DNA of 64,000 bases from an uncultured cyanobacterium (GCA_963740315.1 CAVUDP010000001.1:896001-960000), one strand, 5' to 3'; counted from the stretch's first letter, positions 18,559 through 29,747 are shown. The notes: a model not told the origin generated them from the sequence alone. Program-made: numbers and translations.

Positions 18559-20850
18559 TTAAGCAATACTGTTAATTTTAATCACAATATCGTTGAAATC
18601 TTTATCACCACCGTTTGGTAAATCCTCAAAACCGAAGGTGTTATCATCCAACAACTTAATGTGGTCAAAGTTCCCGTTATCGGTATTAGCACCCAAGTAT
18701 GAGAAGTAAACGGATGCTTCACCACTCAATGCTTGAGTCAAATTACCATCAGCGATAATTAGAGGAACTACTATAGAGCCAGCGTCAAATTCAAGACTTC
18801 CGGTTTCTGTATTATCATCGCTGGTGGAGAATACTGAAGAAACTAAGTTGTTTAAAGCAGCTTGTAGATATCCGCCCTCACCAACCGCTACACCGCCAAC
18901 AGTACCAGTAATATCATCAACTTTGTAGAAATAAACTTGATTGTCGAAGTCAGCTTCTCTGCTGATGGTGTAATCTACAGTGACTTTATCGGTAGCGAAA
19001 CCAGTTAAGTCAATCGCTTCAACTGTAGTTCCATTAACATCCTGAGTGAAGATGGGATTTTGTACAACAGGTATAAACACCTCACTAATAGCGCGATCGG
19101 CTTGAATTAAACCATATCCAGTTGCATCGTCAAAACCGACATCAAATCCTGGAGTTGATGGATCGTCCATATCTAATGCTGTATTTTCCAAGGCTGTATA
19201 AATATCAGCAGGATTTTTACCTGGAGCCGCTTCAAGCATTAAAGCCGCTACTGCTGCTGCATGGGGAGCCGCTGCCGATGTCCCGAAGAAATTAGGAAAT
19301 CCATCTCCATCTGTATCTTCCCCAAAGAATGTGGTGTTGGTTCCATCTGGGGCGACAATTTCAGGTTTTTGGCGCAGTTCTAAGGTTGGTGTACCATCAG
19401 TTTCAAACAGGATGGGTGTAGGTCCGGGTGAAGAGAAGTCCTCTAAGACAGCCGGATCGGTACCAAACCTCGGCGTATCCTGATAAAATGCTGCCCCAAC
19501 AGCCTGAGCGCCATTGGCATTGGCATGACCGTAAAGTGTTCCACTGGCAGTATCGAACTCGTTAATGGTGATATTTCTATCAAATATCACGTATTTCATC
19601 AAATCAGGGTTAGGACCATCGAAATTAGAAATGGCGATGTTGAACTGGTCTGTCCCAAAGCTTCCATCGTTGAAGAATGACAAAGATTCTACGGGATCGG
19701 CACCAATATTAAAGTCTCTACTACCAGCTAAGACACTGTTTCCAGTACTATCAAATACAAAAATGTCTAAATCGTTAGGAGAACCAGCACCACCACTAAC
19801 TGAGAAGAAGGGCGAATCCCACTGAAAAGACATACTAAATCCGCTGTCAACAGGAATCGTGATGCTTTGCAAAACATCTACACCTGCACCAGGATCGAAA
19901 TCATGAAATTCACCAAGACTGGATACTTCACCGCTAGGATTAAAAGCACTTTCGTAGGCATCACGACCGTTGTTTCCAGCAGAAGAGAAATAGGAAACTC
20001 CATTCCCCACTACAGTATCTACAGCTTGAGCAATAATGCCATCCTGGAACATTGGTTCGTCAAAATAAATAATGTCATCCACGATGACATCAGATCCAGC
20101 TTCATTTGCTAGGTTAATAATGCCATTAGCAAAATTAGCCTGACCTCCATTAGCTGTATGAAATGCTAATTTAGCACCAGGTGCAACGTCATGCACTAAT
20201 TGAAGCATCGCACGACCTTCATCAATATTGCCACTTGCACTTGAATCTGCAAGCACGTTAACTGGTATCGTATTACCTAAAGGATTACCAGCGCCAGGTA
20301 AGTCGCCGCTAGCAACATCGGCAGATGCTCCACCTAAATCATCGTAACTATCAGACAGCACACCTACGGTAACTCCAGTCCCATCTACACCAAAGCTACT
20401 ACGAGCAATGTCAGCATTCATCGCTGCATCAGCTTGACTGGTAGTAGATCCGACATTAGTTATTGAAATGGCTGGTTTTGCAAATTTGAGGCTACCTAGA
20501 TTAGCTAATTCATCAATAGATTCAATCGGAAATAAGCCAGAAACAATGGAGCCAAAACTAGATGCATTTTGCATTCCTAACTTTTGCAAATCGGCAAGTA
20601 AAGTCTCAACATCCTCTACAGCCACCGCATCAATGACTACTAAATTACCCTCCATTAATGATAGATTGCTCGATTGTAAAAGAGCTTCATCTTCATCGTT
20701 TTGCTTTAAATTCGATTCATATTCTTTTTGGAGCGAAATTAAATCAAAGCCTAACTTTTTGACCTTTGGATCTTTTTTATCAAGTAGACTGAAAGAATCT
20801 CCTAAAATTAATGGGTTAGAGGAAATAGAAGTAGAATTATTAGTTGTCAT
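18559..20850 (-). CDS. Subtilisin-like S8 serine peptidase with a C-terminal DUF4114-like domain
   Basis: VGVLSDS, DEGRAM, SSAGN, FFGTSAAAPHAA; FGFEDL..GGD.DFND. Confidence 0.9.
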   Translation of the reverse strand: MTTNNSTSISSNPLILGDSFSLLDKKDPKVKKLGFDLISLQKEYESNLKQNDEDEALLQSSNLSLMEGNLVVIDAVAVEDVETLLADLQKLGMQNASSFGSIVSGLFPIESIDELANLGSLKFAKPAISITNVGSTTSQADAAMNADIARSSFGVDGTGVTVGVLSDSYDDLGGASADVASGDLPGAGNPLGNTIPVNVLADSSASGNIDEGRAMLQLVHDVAPGAKLAFHTANGGQANFANGIINLANEAGSDVIVDDIIYFDEPMFQDGIIAQAVDTVVGNGVSYFSSAGNNGRDAYESAFNPSGEVSSLGEFHDFDPGAGVDVLQSITIPVDSGFSMSFQWDSPFFSVSGGAGSPNDLDIFVFDSTGNSVLAGSRDFNIGADPVESLSFFNDGSFGTDQFNIAISNFDGPNPDLMKYVIFDRNITINEFDTASGTLYGHANANGAQAVGAAFYQDTPRFGTDPAVLEDFSSPGPTPILFETDGTPTLELRQKPEIVAPDGTNTTFFGEDTDGDGFPNFFGTSAAAPHAAAVAALMLEAAPGKNPADIYTALENTALDMDDPSTPGFDVGFDDATGYGLIQADRAISEVFIPVVQNPIFTQDVNGTTVEAIDLTGFATDKVTVDYTISREADFDNQVYFYKVDDITGTVGGVAVGEGGYLQAALNNLVSSVFSTSDDNTETGSLEFDAGSIVVPLIIADGNLTQALSGEASVYFSYLGANTDNGNFDHIKLLDDNTFGFEDLPNGGDKDFNDIVIKINSIA

Positions 20851-21476
20851 TGTTATTTGTTCCTAAGTTTGATGTACTCAATCAGGCAAATAACACCCCT
20901 CAATCCGTGAATAAATTAGTTCCCTTGGATCTAACTAAACTTGAGCATGACAACATAGCGATTTTCTCAAATTGAATCGCTTCATTGACATAAATTGCCA
21001 ATTGAAAAATACTTAATGTTTAGGTAGGAGCAACTGCTGGCACTTACAAGCTTTAATACGAAGATAATTATTGAGCGGGCTATTTAATAATACTTACAAC
21101 TAAGTAATTAAACTGAAAAGGATATGCACTGAATGTAGGATTTTGGAAACTAATAATCTTTAAACTAAAAACTAATCTTTTCCCTCCTACAATTAACATC
21201 ATAGTAAATAAAACGCGAAAGCAAAGTATCAAATTAAACACTCCCTTTAACGTTTAATTCCGAAAGGCTCTGATTTACTCTATTAGTGTAAAAACATACT
21301 TAATCTCAGTTTACGAGTATAGAAATTGAGCTTTTCCTAAAAGTTGGTAAATCTTGCTGCACTTATACTTGTGAACAAAAAAAATCCAAAAACAATTTTG
21401 TCATATACACTACGTTTGTGAGAAACAATTATGAATTGATTGTTTCTACAAAACTAAAGATGATTGGAAATTAATA

Positions 21477-23213
21477 ATGTTTAGGCGTTTTATAAATCGT
21501 CCGATACCATTAGCATCTGTATTTCTGTGTATTTTCTGTCTGACTTTGATATATGGGTGCTTAGCATCACAACCTGTTGCTGAAGCTTCATCGCTGCTAA
21601 CCGAGCCTTTTCTACAGTTACCAACCGAAAACTCAGTTAAAGTTGTTTGGTTTACCGAGTTTCCTGGCGAGAAAAATATGGTTGCTTACGGTGAAAATCT
21701 TAAACAAACTACCGAGGCAACAACAATTAAATTAAGTCATGCTCGCGAAGATCAAAAATCCAGAGTTGGACAAACTGAAGACAAACAATATCAACAACCA
21801 GTCGATCGCAATATTTGGCGACATGAGGCTGAAGTTACTGGGTTAACTCCGAGTAAAGAAGTTGACTATCAAGTAATTAGCAAACCTGAAAATGGTGGGG
21901 ATGCAAAAAGTCAAATTTATAGCTTGACACCTGCACCTCAACCAGGTAAACCGTTAAAAATTCTGCTTACTTCAGATCATCAGCTTAAACCAATGACGGC
22001 TGCAAATTTACAAAAAGCAAAGGAAACTGCCGGGGATATTGATGCGGTATTTATGGCTGGCGATTTGATTAACATACCAGATAGAGCCAGCGAATGGTTT
22101 GATGATAATCGTGGTGGTGCATTTTTTCCGGCTTTTCAAGGTAGAGCTAATTATCAGATAGATAAAGATGGGGTGAAAACTGGTTATACTGGTGAAGAAA
22201 TTATTCAAGAAGCTCCTCTTTTTACAGCTATTGGCAATCATGAAGTGATGGGAAGAAGAGGTAAAAGTGATAGTTTGGGTGATGAATATAACGATGCAAT
22301 TCCTCGTGCAGTTGCTAAAGATTTGTACGGTGAATCATCTTTATCAGCCAATTCTTTTAATACCGATACCTACGAAGAAATATTTAGTTTACCTGAAAGT
22401 AAATCGGGGGGAGAAAAGTATTATGCCACAACTTTCGGTGATGTGCGTTTGATAGTACTTTATGCGACAAATATCTGGCGAGTTCCTAGTTTGGAACCAG
22501 ATGCAAAAGGTAAATATCGCGAAAGAGAAGCCGATTTTGATAACCCAGAAAACAGAGGTTACGGACAGCATATTTTTGAACCAATTGATAAAGTTAGCCC
22601 CCAATATAATTGGTTAGTTGAAGAATTAAATAGTCCGGAATTTAAACAAGCCAAATACAAAGTTGTCATGTTCCATCATCCGGTTCACTCTTTAGGAGAA
22701 AATATTGTTCCGGCTTACACAAATCCCGTGGAGACAATTGAAAAAGATGATAGCGGTAAAATCACAAATATAAGTTACGAATATCCTCTTGAACAAGATT
22801 ACTTAATTCGGGATATTGTACCTTTATTAGAAAAGAATAACGTGCAGCTAGTATATTACGGACATTCCCACTTATGGAATCGATTTCGGAGTGAATCGGG
22901 AACGAATTTTTTAGAATCATCAAATGTTGGTAACAGTTACGGTGCTTTTGTGGGCGATAAAAAACGCAACGTACCTCAAGCATACAAAGAAAAGTATGTT
23001 GAAACAGGCAACCCGAACGGTTTAGAACCGATAATGCCATCAATTAAACCATTAACTGGCGAAGATGGTAAACCTATTCCTTATATTGCCAGTAATGAGA
23101 TTACCGTATTTAGTATTTTAGATACGGGCAATGGTACGGTTGATAGTTACTATTTCGATACTACTAAACCGGAAGAGAAAGTAGTTAAGTTTGATGAATT
23201 TGAGTTGAAATAA
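21477..23213 (+). CDS. Secreted metallophosphoesterase (purple acid phosphatase-like)
   Basis: Signal peptide; SDHQ, AGDL, GNHE, HHP and GHSH motifs. Confidence 0.88.
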   Translation: MFRRFINRPIPLASVFLCIFCLTLIYGCLASQPVAEASSLLTEPFLQLPTENSVKVVWFTEFPGEKNMVAYGENLKQTTEATTIKLSHAREDQKSRVGQTEDKQYQQPVDRNIWRHEAEVTGLTPSKEVDYQVISKPENGGDAKSQIYSLTPAPQPGKPLKILLTSDHQLKPMTAANLQKAKETAGDIDAVFMAGDLINIPDRASEWFDDNRGGAFFPAFQGRANYQIDKDGVKTGYTGEEIIQEAPLFTAIGNHEVMGRRGKSDSLGDEYNDAIPRAVAKDLYGESSLSANSFNTDTYEEIFSLPESKSGGEKYYATTFGDVRLIVLYATNIWRVPSLEPDAKGKYREREADFDNPENRGYGQHIFEPIDKVSPQYNWLVEELNSPEFKQAKYKVVMFHHPVHSLGENIVPAYTNPVETIEKDDSGKITNISYEYPLEQDYLIRDIVPLLEKNNVQLVYYGHSHLWNRFRSESGTNFLESSNVGNSYGAFVGDKKRNVPQAYKEKYVETGNPNGLEPIMPSIKPLTGEDGKPIPYIASNEITVFSILDTGNGTVDSYYFDTTKPEEKVVKFDEFELK

Positions 23214-23225
23214 CAGATAAATAAT

Positions 23226-23417
23226 GTAGAGACGTAAAATTTTACGTCTCCTCGAATCTAAATAATAACGAGTTAATTAGGATTTACGTCTCCTCGAATC
23301 TAAATAATAACGAGTTAATTAGGATTTACGTCTCCCTAAATTTAAATAATAACGAGTTAATTAGGATTTACGTCTCCCTAAATTTAAATAATAACGAGTT
23401 AATTAGGATTTACGTCT
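23226..23417. repeat. 42-bp minisatellite, four copies plus a partial, seeded from a REP-like palindrome
   Basis: Units start at 23241, 23283, 23325, 23367 and 23409 (partial); GTAGAGACGTAAAATTTTACGTCTC at the start. Confidence 0.92.
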
Positions 23418-23460
23418 TTGTTTAGAACAAATTAATTATTTTAGACGTTAAGATCCCCCC

Positions 23461-23488
23461 AACCCCCCTTGGCAAGGGGGGCTTTTTA
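23461..23488 (+). terminator. GC-rich hairpin (dispersed repeat or terminator)
   Basis: CCCCCCTT-GGC-AAGGGGGG followed by CTTTTT. Confidence 0.55.
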
Positions 23489-23643
23489 TTAAAAATTTAC
23501 CTCAAAAAAATTAAAAAAAACGCTCAGAGGTAAGTTTAAGAATAGTGTCTCTACAAGATTATTTTAGATAAATATCAAATTAACTTTAATTTTAAAGCTA
23601 TACCTGGGAATCATATATAAGTCAGGCACTACCGTTTTTATAT

Positions 23644-26178
23644 ATGTTTGTCACGTCAATCGAAAAATATCTTCAAACTTCTAGCTGGTTGGGAATCTTA
23701 GCAATTTCGTTTTTACAAGTTCCAGCTTACGCTCAACGAGTGGTTGAAGATGGAACTTTACCTACTCGTGTTAAAACTACAGATAATCTCAATTTTACGA
23801 TTGATAGTATTAATAATAAAAACCGTGTAGGAAACAATTTATTTCACAGTTTTAAAGAGTTTTCCATTCCTACAGATGGCTCTGCGGTTTTCAATAATCC
23901 TACAGATGTAGTTAACATAATTAATCGGGTAACTGGTGGCAATATTTCCAATATTGATGGGTTAATTAAAGCTAACGGCAATGCAAATTTATTTTTGATT
24001 AATCCTGTGGGGATTGTATTTGGTAAAGATGCTCGTTTAGATATCGGCGGTTCGTTTTTTGGAAGTACTGCTAATAGTATAAAGTTTGCTGATGGTGAAT
24101 TTAGCGCGATCGATACCACAACAGAGCCGCTATTAAGTATTAACGTTCCTTTAGGTTTGCAGATGGGGAGTAATTCTGGAGGAATTGAAGTACAAGGTGA
24201 TGGTTACGCTAATACGAATAATGATAGCAGCAAGGGTTTACGAGTTAAATCAGGAAATACTTTGGGTTTAGTTGGCGGCAAAGTTTCTTTAAATGGAGGT
24301 ATAGTAACGGCATCTGGAATTGAGTTGGGAGGAGTAAATTCCGGTTTAGTTAATATTAATTCAATTTCAGAATCAATTTTAAATTACGATAACGTAGAAA
24401 ATTTTGGCGATATCAAGCTTTATAAAATGGCTTTAGCAGATGCAAGTGGTGAGGAAAGCGGTTCGATTCAATTACAAGCAAGAAATATTGCGATCGAAGA
24501 TGGTTCAAAAGTTTTTGTGCAAAGTCGCGGTAAGACATCGGGAGGGGATATTATTGCCACTGCAACTGATTCAATTGAAGTAGTAGGAAGCAGTTCAGAT
24601 GGAAATTTTGTTAGTACATTTTTAACCGAAACTACTAATGCTGCAAATTCAGCAAAAATTAAAATTACAACTCCAAGTTTACTTGTTTCTCAAGGTGGCA
24701 GAATAACTACTCAAACTTTTAGTTCTGGAAGAGGAGGGGATATTACTATAAATGCTTCCGAATTGATACAAATTAGTGAATCTTCTACGATCGCTCCTAG
24801 TAATGACAGTGAAATTTCTACCCTAAGTTTTAATTCCGGTGCTGCTGGAAATATTAATATTTTAACCAAACAGTTTTCGATTTTAGGTCAAGACGTTCAA
24901 TCTAGAAACTTTGGTATTAGCGATGGTGGAAATATTTCGGTGTCAGCAGATAACTTGACGATTCTCGATGGTGGAGGAATTGCTTCTTTAACTTTAGGAA
25001 ATGGTTCCGGAGGAGATGTCAAAATTGATGCCAAATCTATTCATTTAACAGGTTTGAATTTGGATACTTTTACACCCAGCGTTTTGAGTGCTGCAACACT
25101 TGGAATTGGAAACGCAGGTAATTTAACTGTTAATACTCAAAGCTTGGTAGTTCAAGATGGTGGTAGAGTTGATTCTTCCACCGTGGCTTCTGGTAAAGCG
25201 GGAAGCGTAACCGTCAATGCTACAGATTTTATCGAGATTAAGGGTACCGTACCGGGTTCGGTGAATCCTAGTTTAATCATTTCTAGCGCCAATATTGTCG
25301 ATGAATCCTTGCAACAACTTTTCGGATTACCTGCTATGCCCACCGGAGATTCCGGAAATGTGAGTATTAATACGCCTATTTTAAAAGTTTCTGATGGTGC
25401 AGAAGTAACGGTAAGGAATGATGGAACTGGTAAAGGTGGAATATTAGATATTAATGCTAAAATAATTCGACTTAACAATAAGGGAAAAATTACCGCATCA
25501 ACTCAATCTGGTGGAGGTGGTAATATTGATTTGCAAGTTAAAGATGGTTTAATTCTTAAAAATCAAAGTCTTATTTCTGCTGAAGCTGGCGGTACGGGTA
25601 ACGGTGGAAATATTAATATCAATTCTCCGGTAATTGCAGGTGTGGAAAACAGCGATATTATTGCTAATGCCCTACAAGGTAATGGTGGAAATATCAATAT
25701 TAATACGAGCGGTTTATTCGGTTTGCAGTTCCGAGATGAGTTAACTTTCTTCAGTGATATTACTGCTAGTTCTAAATTTGGCGTTAACGGTACTGTAGAA
25801 ATTAATAACCCGGCAATCGATCCTAGTTCAAATTTAGTAAAATTACCAATGGAAGTAGTTGATAGCAGTCAACAAATGAAGAGTGGATGTAGTGCGAATC
25901 AAGGAAACAGTTTTACGGTTGTCGGTAAAGGTGGTTTACCTACAAATCCCGCAGATGTAATTACAAATGTAAATTTATGGGACGATTTGCGGAATTTTAA
26001 TCCTATTAGTAGCGGTAAAAGAACAAGTATTCAAGTCAATAATGATTCTCTCATAAAAATAGTTGAAGCTACTGGTTGGGTTGTTGATGAAGAAGGAAAT
26101 ATTGAATTTGTTGCTGAATCTGGTAATCGGGATAGTTGGGAAAATGCAAGTAATTGTAAAGGGGAAATAATTAATTAG
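23644..26178 (+). CDS. Filamentous haemagglutinin-like (TpsA-type) exoprotein, paralog 1
   Basis: NLFHSFKEFSI, NIINRVTGG, NLFLINPVGIVFG; GN/GD-rich repeats; IVEATGW. Confidence 0.92.
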   Translation: MFVTSIEKYLQTSSWLGILAISFLQVPAYAQRVVEDGTLPTRVKTTDNLNFTIDSINNKNRVGNNLFHSFKEFSIPTDGSAVFNNPTDVVNIINRVTGGNISNIDGLIKANGNANLFLINPVGIVFGKDARLDIGGSFFGSTANSIKFADGEFSAIDTTTEPLLSINVPLGLQMGSNSGGIEVQGDGYANTNNDSSKGLRVKSGNTLGLVGGKVSLNGGIVTASGIELGGVNSGLVNINSISESILNYDNVENFGDIKLYKMALADASGEESGSIQLQARNIAIEDGSKVFVQSRGKTSGGDIIATATDSIEVVGSSSDGNFVSTFLTETTNAANSAKIKITTPSLLVSQGGRITTQTFSSGRGGDITINASELIQISESSTIAPSNDSEISTLSFNSGAAGNINILTKQFSILGQDVQSRNFGISDGGNISVSADNLTILDGGGIASLTLGNGSGGDVKIDAKSIHLTGLNLDTFTPSVLSAATLGIGNAGNLTVNTQSLVVQDGGRVDSSTVASGKAGSVTVNATDFIEIKGTVPGSVNPSLIISSANIVDESLQQLFGLPAMPTGDSGNVSINTPILKVSDGAEVTVRNDGTGKGGILDINAKIIRLNNKGKITASTQSGGGGNIDLQVKDGLILKNQSLISAEAGGTGNGGNININSPVIAGVENSDIIANALQGNGGNININTSGLFGLQFRDELTFFSDITASSKFGVNGTVEINNPAIDPSSNLVKLPMEVVDSSQQMKSGCSANQGNSFTVVGKGGLPTNPADVITNVNLWDDLRNFNPISSGKRTSIQVNNDSLIKIVEATGWVVDEEGNIEFVAESGNRDSWENASNCKGEIIN

Positions 26179-26286
26179 TAGTAAAATAGGGTGCCTTAAC
26201 GTACTCCATAAAAATATTTTACGCAATCTTCAATTTCCAACTCACACCTGGGAACCATATATAAAAGTCAAATACTAACTTTATAT

Positions 26287-28848
26287 ATGTTTATCCCTTC
26301 ATTCAAAAAATATCTTCAAACTTCTAGCTGTTTAGGAATCCTAGCGATCGCCTTTTTACAAACCCCAGCTTATGCCCAACGAGTAATTGAAGATGGTACC
26401 TTACCAACTCGCGTCAACAGTACGGATAATCTCAATTTTACGATTGATAGTATTAACAATCGCAACCGCGTGGGAAACAATTTATTTCACAGTTTTAAAG
26501 AATTTTCAATTCCTACAGGTGGCTCTGCGGTTTTCAATAATTCTACAGATGTAGTTAACATAATTAATCGGGTAACTGGCGGCAGTATTTCTAATATTGA
26601 CGGGTTAATTAAAGCCAACGGTAATGCAAATTTATTTTTGATTAATCCTGCGGGAATAATATTTGGTGAAAATGCTCGTTTGGAAATCGGCGGTTCGTTT
26701 TTTGGAAGTACTGCACAGAGTATAAAGTTTGCTGATGGTGAATTTAGCGCGATCGCAACGACAACACCACCAATATTAAGTATTAATGTTCCTTTAGGCT
26801 TGCAGATGGGGGCTAATTCAGCAGCGATTGAAGTACAAGGTGATGGTTATAATTCTACTTCTAATGATATCAATCCATTTAGTCCTTTTATTTTTACCAG
26901 TTTTGATGGTTTGCGAGTAAAGCCGGGAAACACTTTAGCTTTAATTGGTGGTGAGATTTCTTTAAATGGAGGTATGGTAGCCGCAGATTTAGGAAAAGTT
27001 GAGTTAGGAGCCGTGAAATCCGGTTTAGTTAATATTAATTCAACTACGCAAGGTTGGAATTTCGATTACAAAGGGTTGCAAAATTTTGGCGATATCAAGT
27101 TTAATTCTAAAGCTTTAGTAGATGCGAGTGATTCGATTCAATTGCAAGGACGAAATATTTTTATCCGTGACGGTTCAAAAGTCTTTATGCAAAATCGGGG
27201 TAAGACAGGGGAAGGAATTGAAGTAAATGCAAAAGAATCAATTGAATTAATCGGAACTACTCCAGATGGAAATTTGGGAAGTGCAGTGTTAACTCAAAAT
27301 TTAAGAATAGGAAATGCGGCAAAAATTGCTATTTCAAGTCCGCGTTTACTTGTTTCTCAAGGTGCAGGAATAACTACTCAAACTTATAATTTTGCACAAG
27401 GAGGTGATATTAATATAGATGCTTCCGAATCTATACAAATCAGCGAATTATCGCCTATTAATCCGAGACTTTTTAGTCGAATCAATACTAAAAGTTTAAA
27501 TTCTGGTGCTGCTGGAGATATTAATATTTCAACTAAACAGTTATCGCTCTTAGGTCAAAACATCATTTCTGTTAACTACGCTACCAGTAATGGTGGAAAT
27601 GTTAAGGTGGCGACAGAAAAATTGACAATTCTCGATGGCGGAATATTAGGAACTGCAACTTTTGGAATTGGTTTAGGAGGAGATGTAAAGGTTGATGCGA
27701 AATCCATTGAACTAATAGGCACGAATTTTAATTTTTTTAGGTCTAGTAGCTTGAGTGCTGCAACAATAGGAATGGGAAACGCGGGTAATTTAACTGTTAA
27801 TACCCAAAGCTTGATACTTGAAAATGGTGGTAGGGTTGATTCTTCTACACTTGCTTCTGGTGCTGCGGGAAGCGTAACCGTCAATGCTTCAGATTTTGTA
27901 GAGGTAAGCGGTACCGTACCGGGTTCGATCAATCCTAGTTTAATTATTTCCAGCGCCAATATTGTGGATGAATCCTCACAACAGTTTTTTGGATCGCCTG
28001 GTATCCTCAGCGGAGATTCAGGAAATGTAGATATTAAAACGCCGATTTTAAGAGTTAACAATGGTGGGGAAGTGACGGTAAGAAATGATGGAATTGGTAA
28101 AGGTGGAATCTTAAATATAAATGCTAAAATAATTCGACTTAACAATAAGGGAAAAATCACCGCGTCAACTCAATCTGGTGGAGGTGGTAATATTGATTTA
28201 CAACTTAAAGATGGTTTAATTCTCAGAAATCAAAGTCTTATTTCTGCTGAAGCTAGGGGTACGGGTGATGGTGGTAATATTAATATTAACTCTCCGGTAA
28301 TTGCAGGTGTAGAAAACAGCGATATTATTGCTAATGCCGTGCAAGGTGATGGGGGAAATATCAATATTAATACTCAAGGATTATTCGGTTTACAGTTCCG
28401 AGATGAGTTAACTACAGATTCGGATATTACTGCTAGTTCAAGATTTGGCGTTAACGGTACTGTCGAAATTAATAACCCGGCAATTGACCCTAGTTCCAGC
28501 TTGACACAATTACCAACTGATGTAGTTGATAGCAGTCAAGAAGTAGCGAGTGGATGTAGTGCGAATCAAGGAAATAGTTTTACGGTTGTTGGTAAAGGTG
28601 GTTTAGCAGCAAATCCCGCAGATGTAATTACAAACATAAGTTTATGGAACGATTTACGCGATTTAAGTGTTATTAATAATGGTAAAAAAGGAAATATTCA
28701 AGTTAAGAATGATTCTCCAAGAAAAATAGTTGAAGCTACTGGTTGGGTTGTTGATGAAGAAGGGAATATTGAATTTGTTGCTCAATCTGGTAATCGTGAT
28801 AGTTGGCAAAATACGAGTAATTGTAAGGGGGAAGTAGAGGGTGTTTGA
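26287..28848 (+). CDS. Filamentous haemagglutinin-like (TpsA-type) exoprotein, paralog 2
   Basis: Same motifs; N- and C-terminal parts nearly identical to paralog 1. Confidence 0.92.
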   Translation: MFIPSFKKYLQTSSCLGILAIAFLQTPAYAQRVIEDGTLPTRVNSTDNLNFTIDSINNRNRVGNNLFHSFKEFSIPTGGSAVFNNSTDVVNIINRVTGGSISNIDGLIKANGNANLFLINPAGIIFGENARLEIGGSFFGSTAQSIKFADGEFSAIATTTPPILSINVPLGLQMGANSAAIEVQGDGYNSTSNDINPFSPFIFTSFDGLRVKPGNTLALIGGEISLNGGMVAADLGKVELGAVKSGLVNINSTTQGWNFDYKGLQNFGDIKFNSKALVDASDSIQLQGRNIFIRDGSKVFMQNRGKTGEGIEVNAKESIELIGTTPDGNLGSAVLTQNLRIGNAAKIAISSPRLLVSQGAGITTQTYNFAQGGDINIDASESIQISELSPINPRLFSRINTKSLNSGAAGDINISTKQLSLLGQNIISVNYATSNGGNVKVATEKLTILDGGILGTATFGIGLGGDVKVDAKSIELIGTNFNFFRSSSLSAATIGMGNAGNLTVNTQSLILENGGRVDSSTLASGAAGSVTVNASDFVEVSGTVPGSINPSLIISSANIVDESSQQFFGSPGILSGDSGNVDIKTPILRVNNGGEVTVRNDGIGKGGILNINAKIIRLNNKGKITASTQSGGGGNIDLQLKDGLILRNQSLISAEARGTGDGGNININSPVIAGVENSDIIANAVQGDGGNININTQGLFGLQFRDELTTDSDITASSRFGVNGTVEINNPAIDPSSSLTQLPTDVVDSSQEVASGCSANQGNSFTVVGKGGLAANPADVITNISLWNDLRDLSVINNGKKGNIQVKNDSPRKIVEATGWVVDEEGNIEFVAQSGNRDSWQNTSNCKGEVEGV

Positions 28849-28961
28849 TAATTTACCCGGCGCTTTGTTACCGCTTCTACACAAGCGAAACCGGACGACC
28901 TGGGTTTACGATTACATTTCCTGGTGGTTGGGAACGCGATCGCAAAATAATTAATTTAAAA

Positions 28962-29747
28962 TCAATCTAATGTTTGTTTTTTCAACAATTCTTTTACCCA
29001 GGTAGCATCAGTTTCTGTAAGTGGTGGTACTGGTTCGCGAGTATAATCAATTGCTAAATCAAAACCAGCCCTTTCATAAACTCCATTGATTAATTCTTGC
29101 AAGTTTACTATCGGTTCGCGATCGCCTTGACGTAGAGGTAAAGGAAAAGATGGTATAGCTTCTTGTAATTCAAAGGGGTACAATTCAGCTTGCGGACGAT
29201 ATTCGCTACGACTTAGCAAAATGCGATAAGTTGATTTAATTTGCTCGTTTTCTAAAATCGGCATGGGTTTTCCGGAACGCAGCAAGTCAATTTCTACTAA
29301 ATGAGATAAGCTAGCCAAAATTTTCTGACGCTTTTTCTGATATGCGTTTTTACCTTCTCCAGCACGCTTATTTTTTGGTGAAAGCACTTCTATTACCGTT
29401 ACAACTTCTCCAGTTCCCACTTCTCGCACTTCTAGATATCCTTCTCGCACTTCTTCCGGCATGGAAAGAGTAACATTTACAGGTTTCGCTGGCGGTGATG
29501 CAACTGCAATATTAGATGAATCATCCCGTGTTTTTGTAGAACTCGACACGCTAACATCAGGAATACCAACTAAAATTGTGTTTTCATCTGTCATTTGATA
29601 TACCCTTTTCTCAACTGCTACGCGATATTTTGGACGGAGTTGGGGAGCTATAGCATCTGCGATCGCAATTATTAGCCTGCTATGAACTTCAGCCCAGAGT
29701 TCGGGATTTTCTAGATAAGGATTCATTCCTGGGAATGGAGAAGGCAT
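28962..29747 (-). CDS. DUF4058-family protein (restriction-endonuclease-like fold)
   Basis: MPSPFPGMNPYLE, PDV, IEVLSPKNK, LVEIDLLR. Confidence 0.88.
   Translation of the reverse strand: MPSPFPGMNPYLENPELWAEVHSRLIIAIADAIAPQLRPKYRVAVEKRVYQMTDENTILVGIPDVSVSSSTKTRDDSSNIAVASPPAKPVNVTLSMPEEVREGYLEVREVGTGEVVTVIEVLSPKNKRAGEGKNAYQKKRQKILASLSHLVEIDLLRSGKPMPILENEQIKSTYRILLSRSEYRPQAELYPFELQEAIPSFPLPLRQGDREPIVNLQELINGVYERAGFDLAIDYTREPVPPLTETDATWVKELLKKQTLD

Noticed and set aside
23241..23417. Possible CRISPR array
   Set aside because: Units are contiguous tandem copies with no unique spacers, and no cas genes are present
25152..28160. Antisense ORFs inside the FHA genes (also inside S8, ggt and the antiporter)
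   Set aside because: Shadow frames of strongly biased coding sequence
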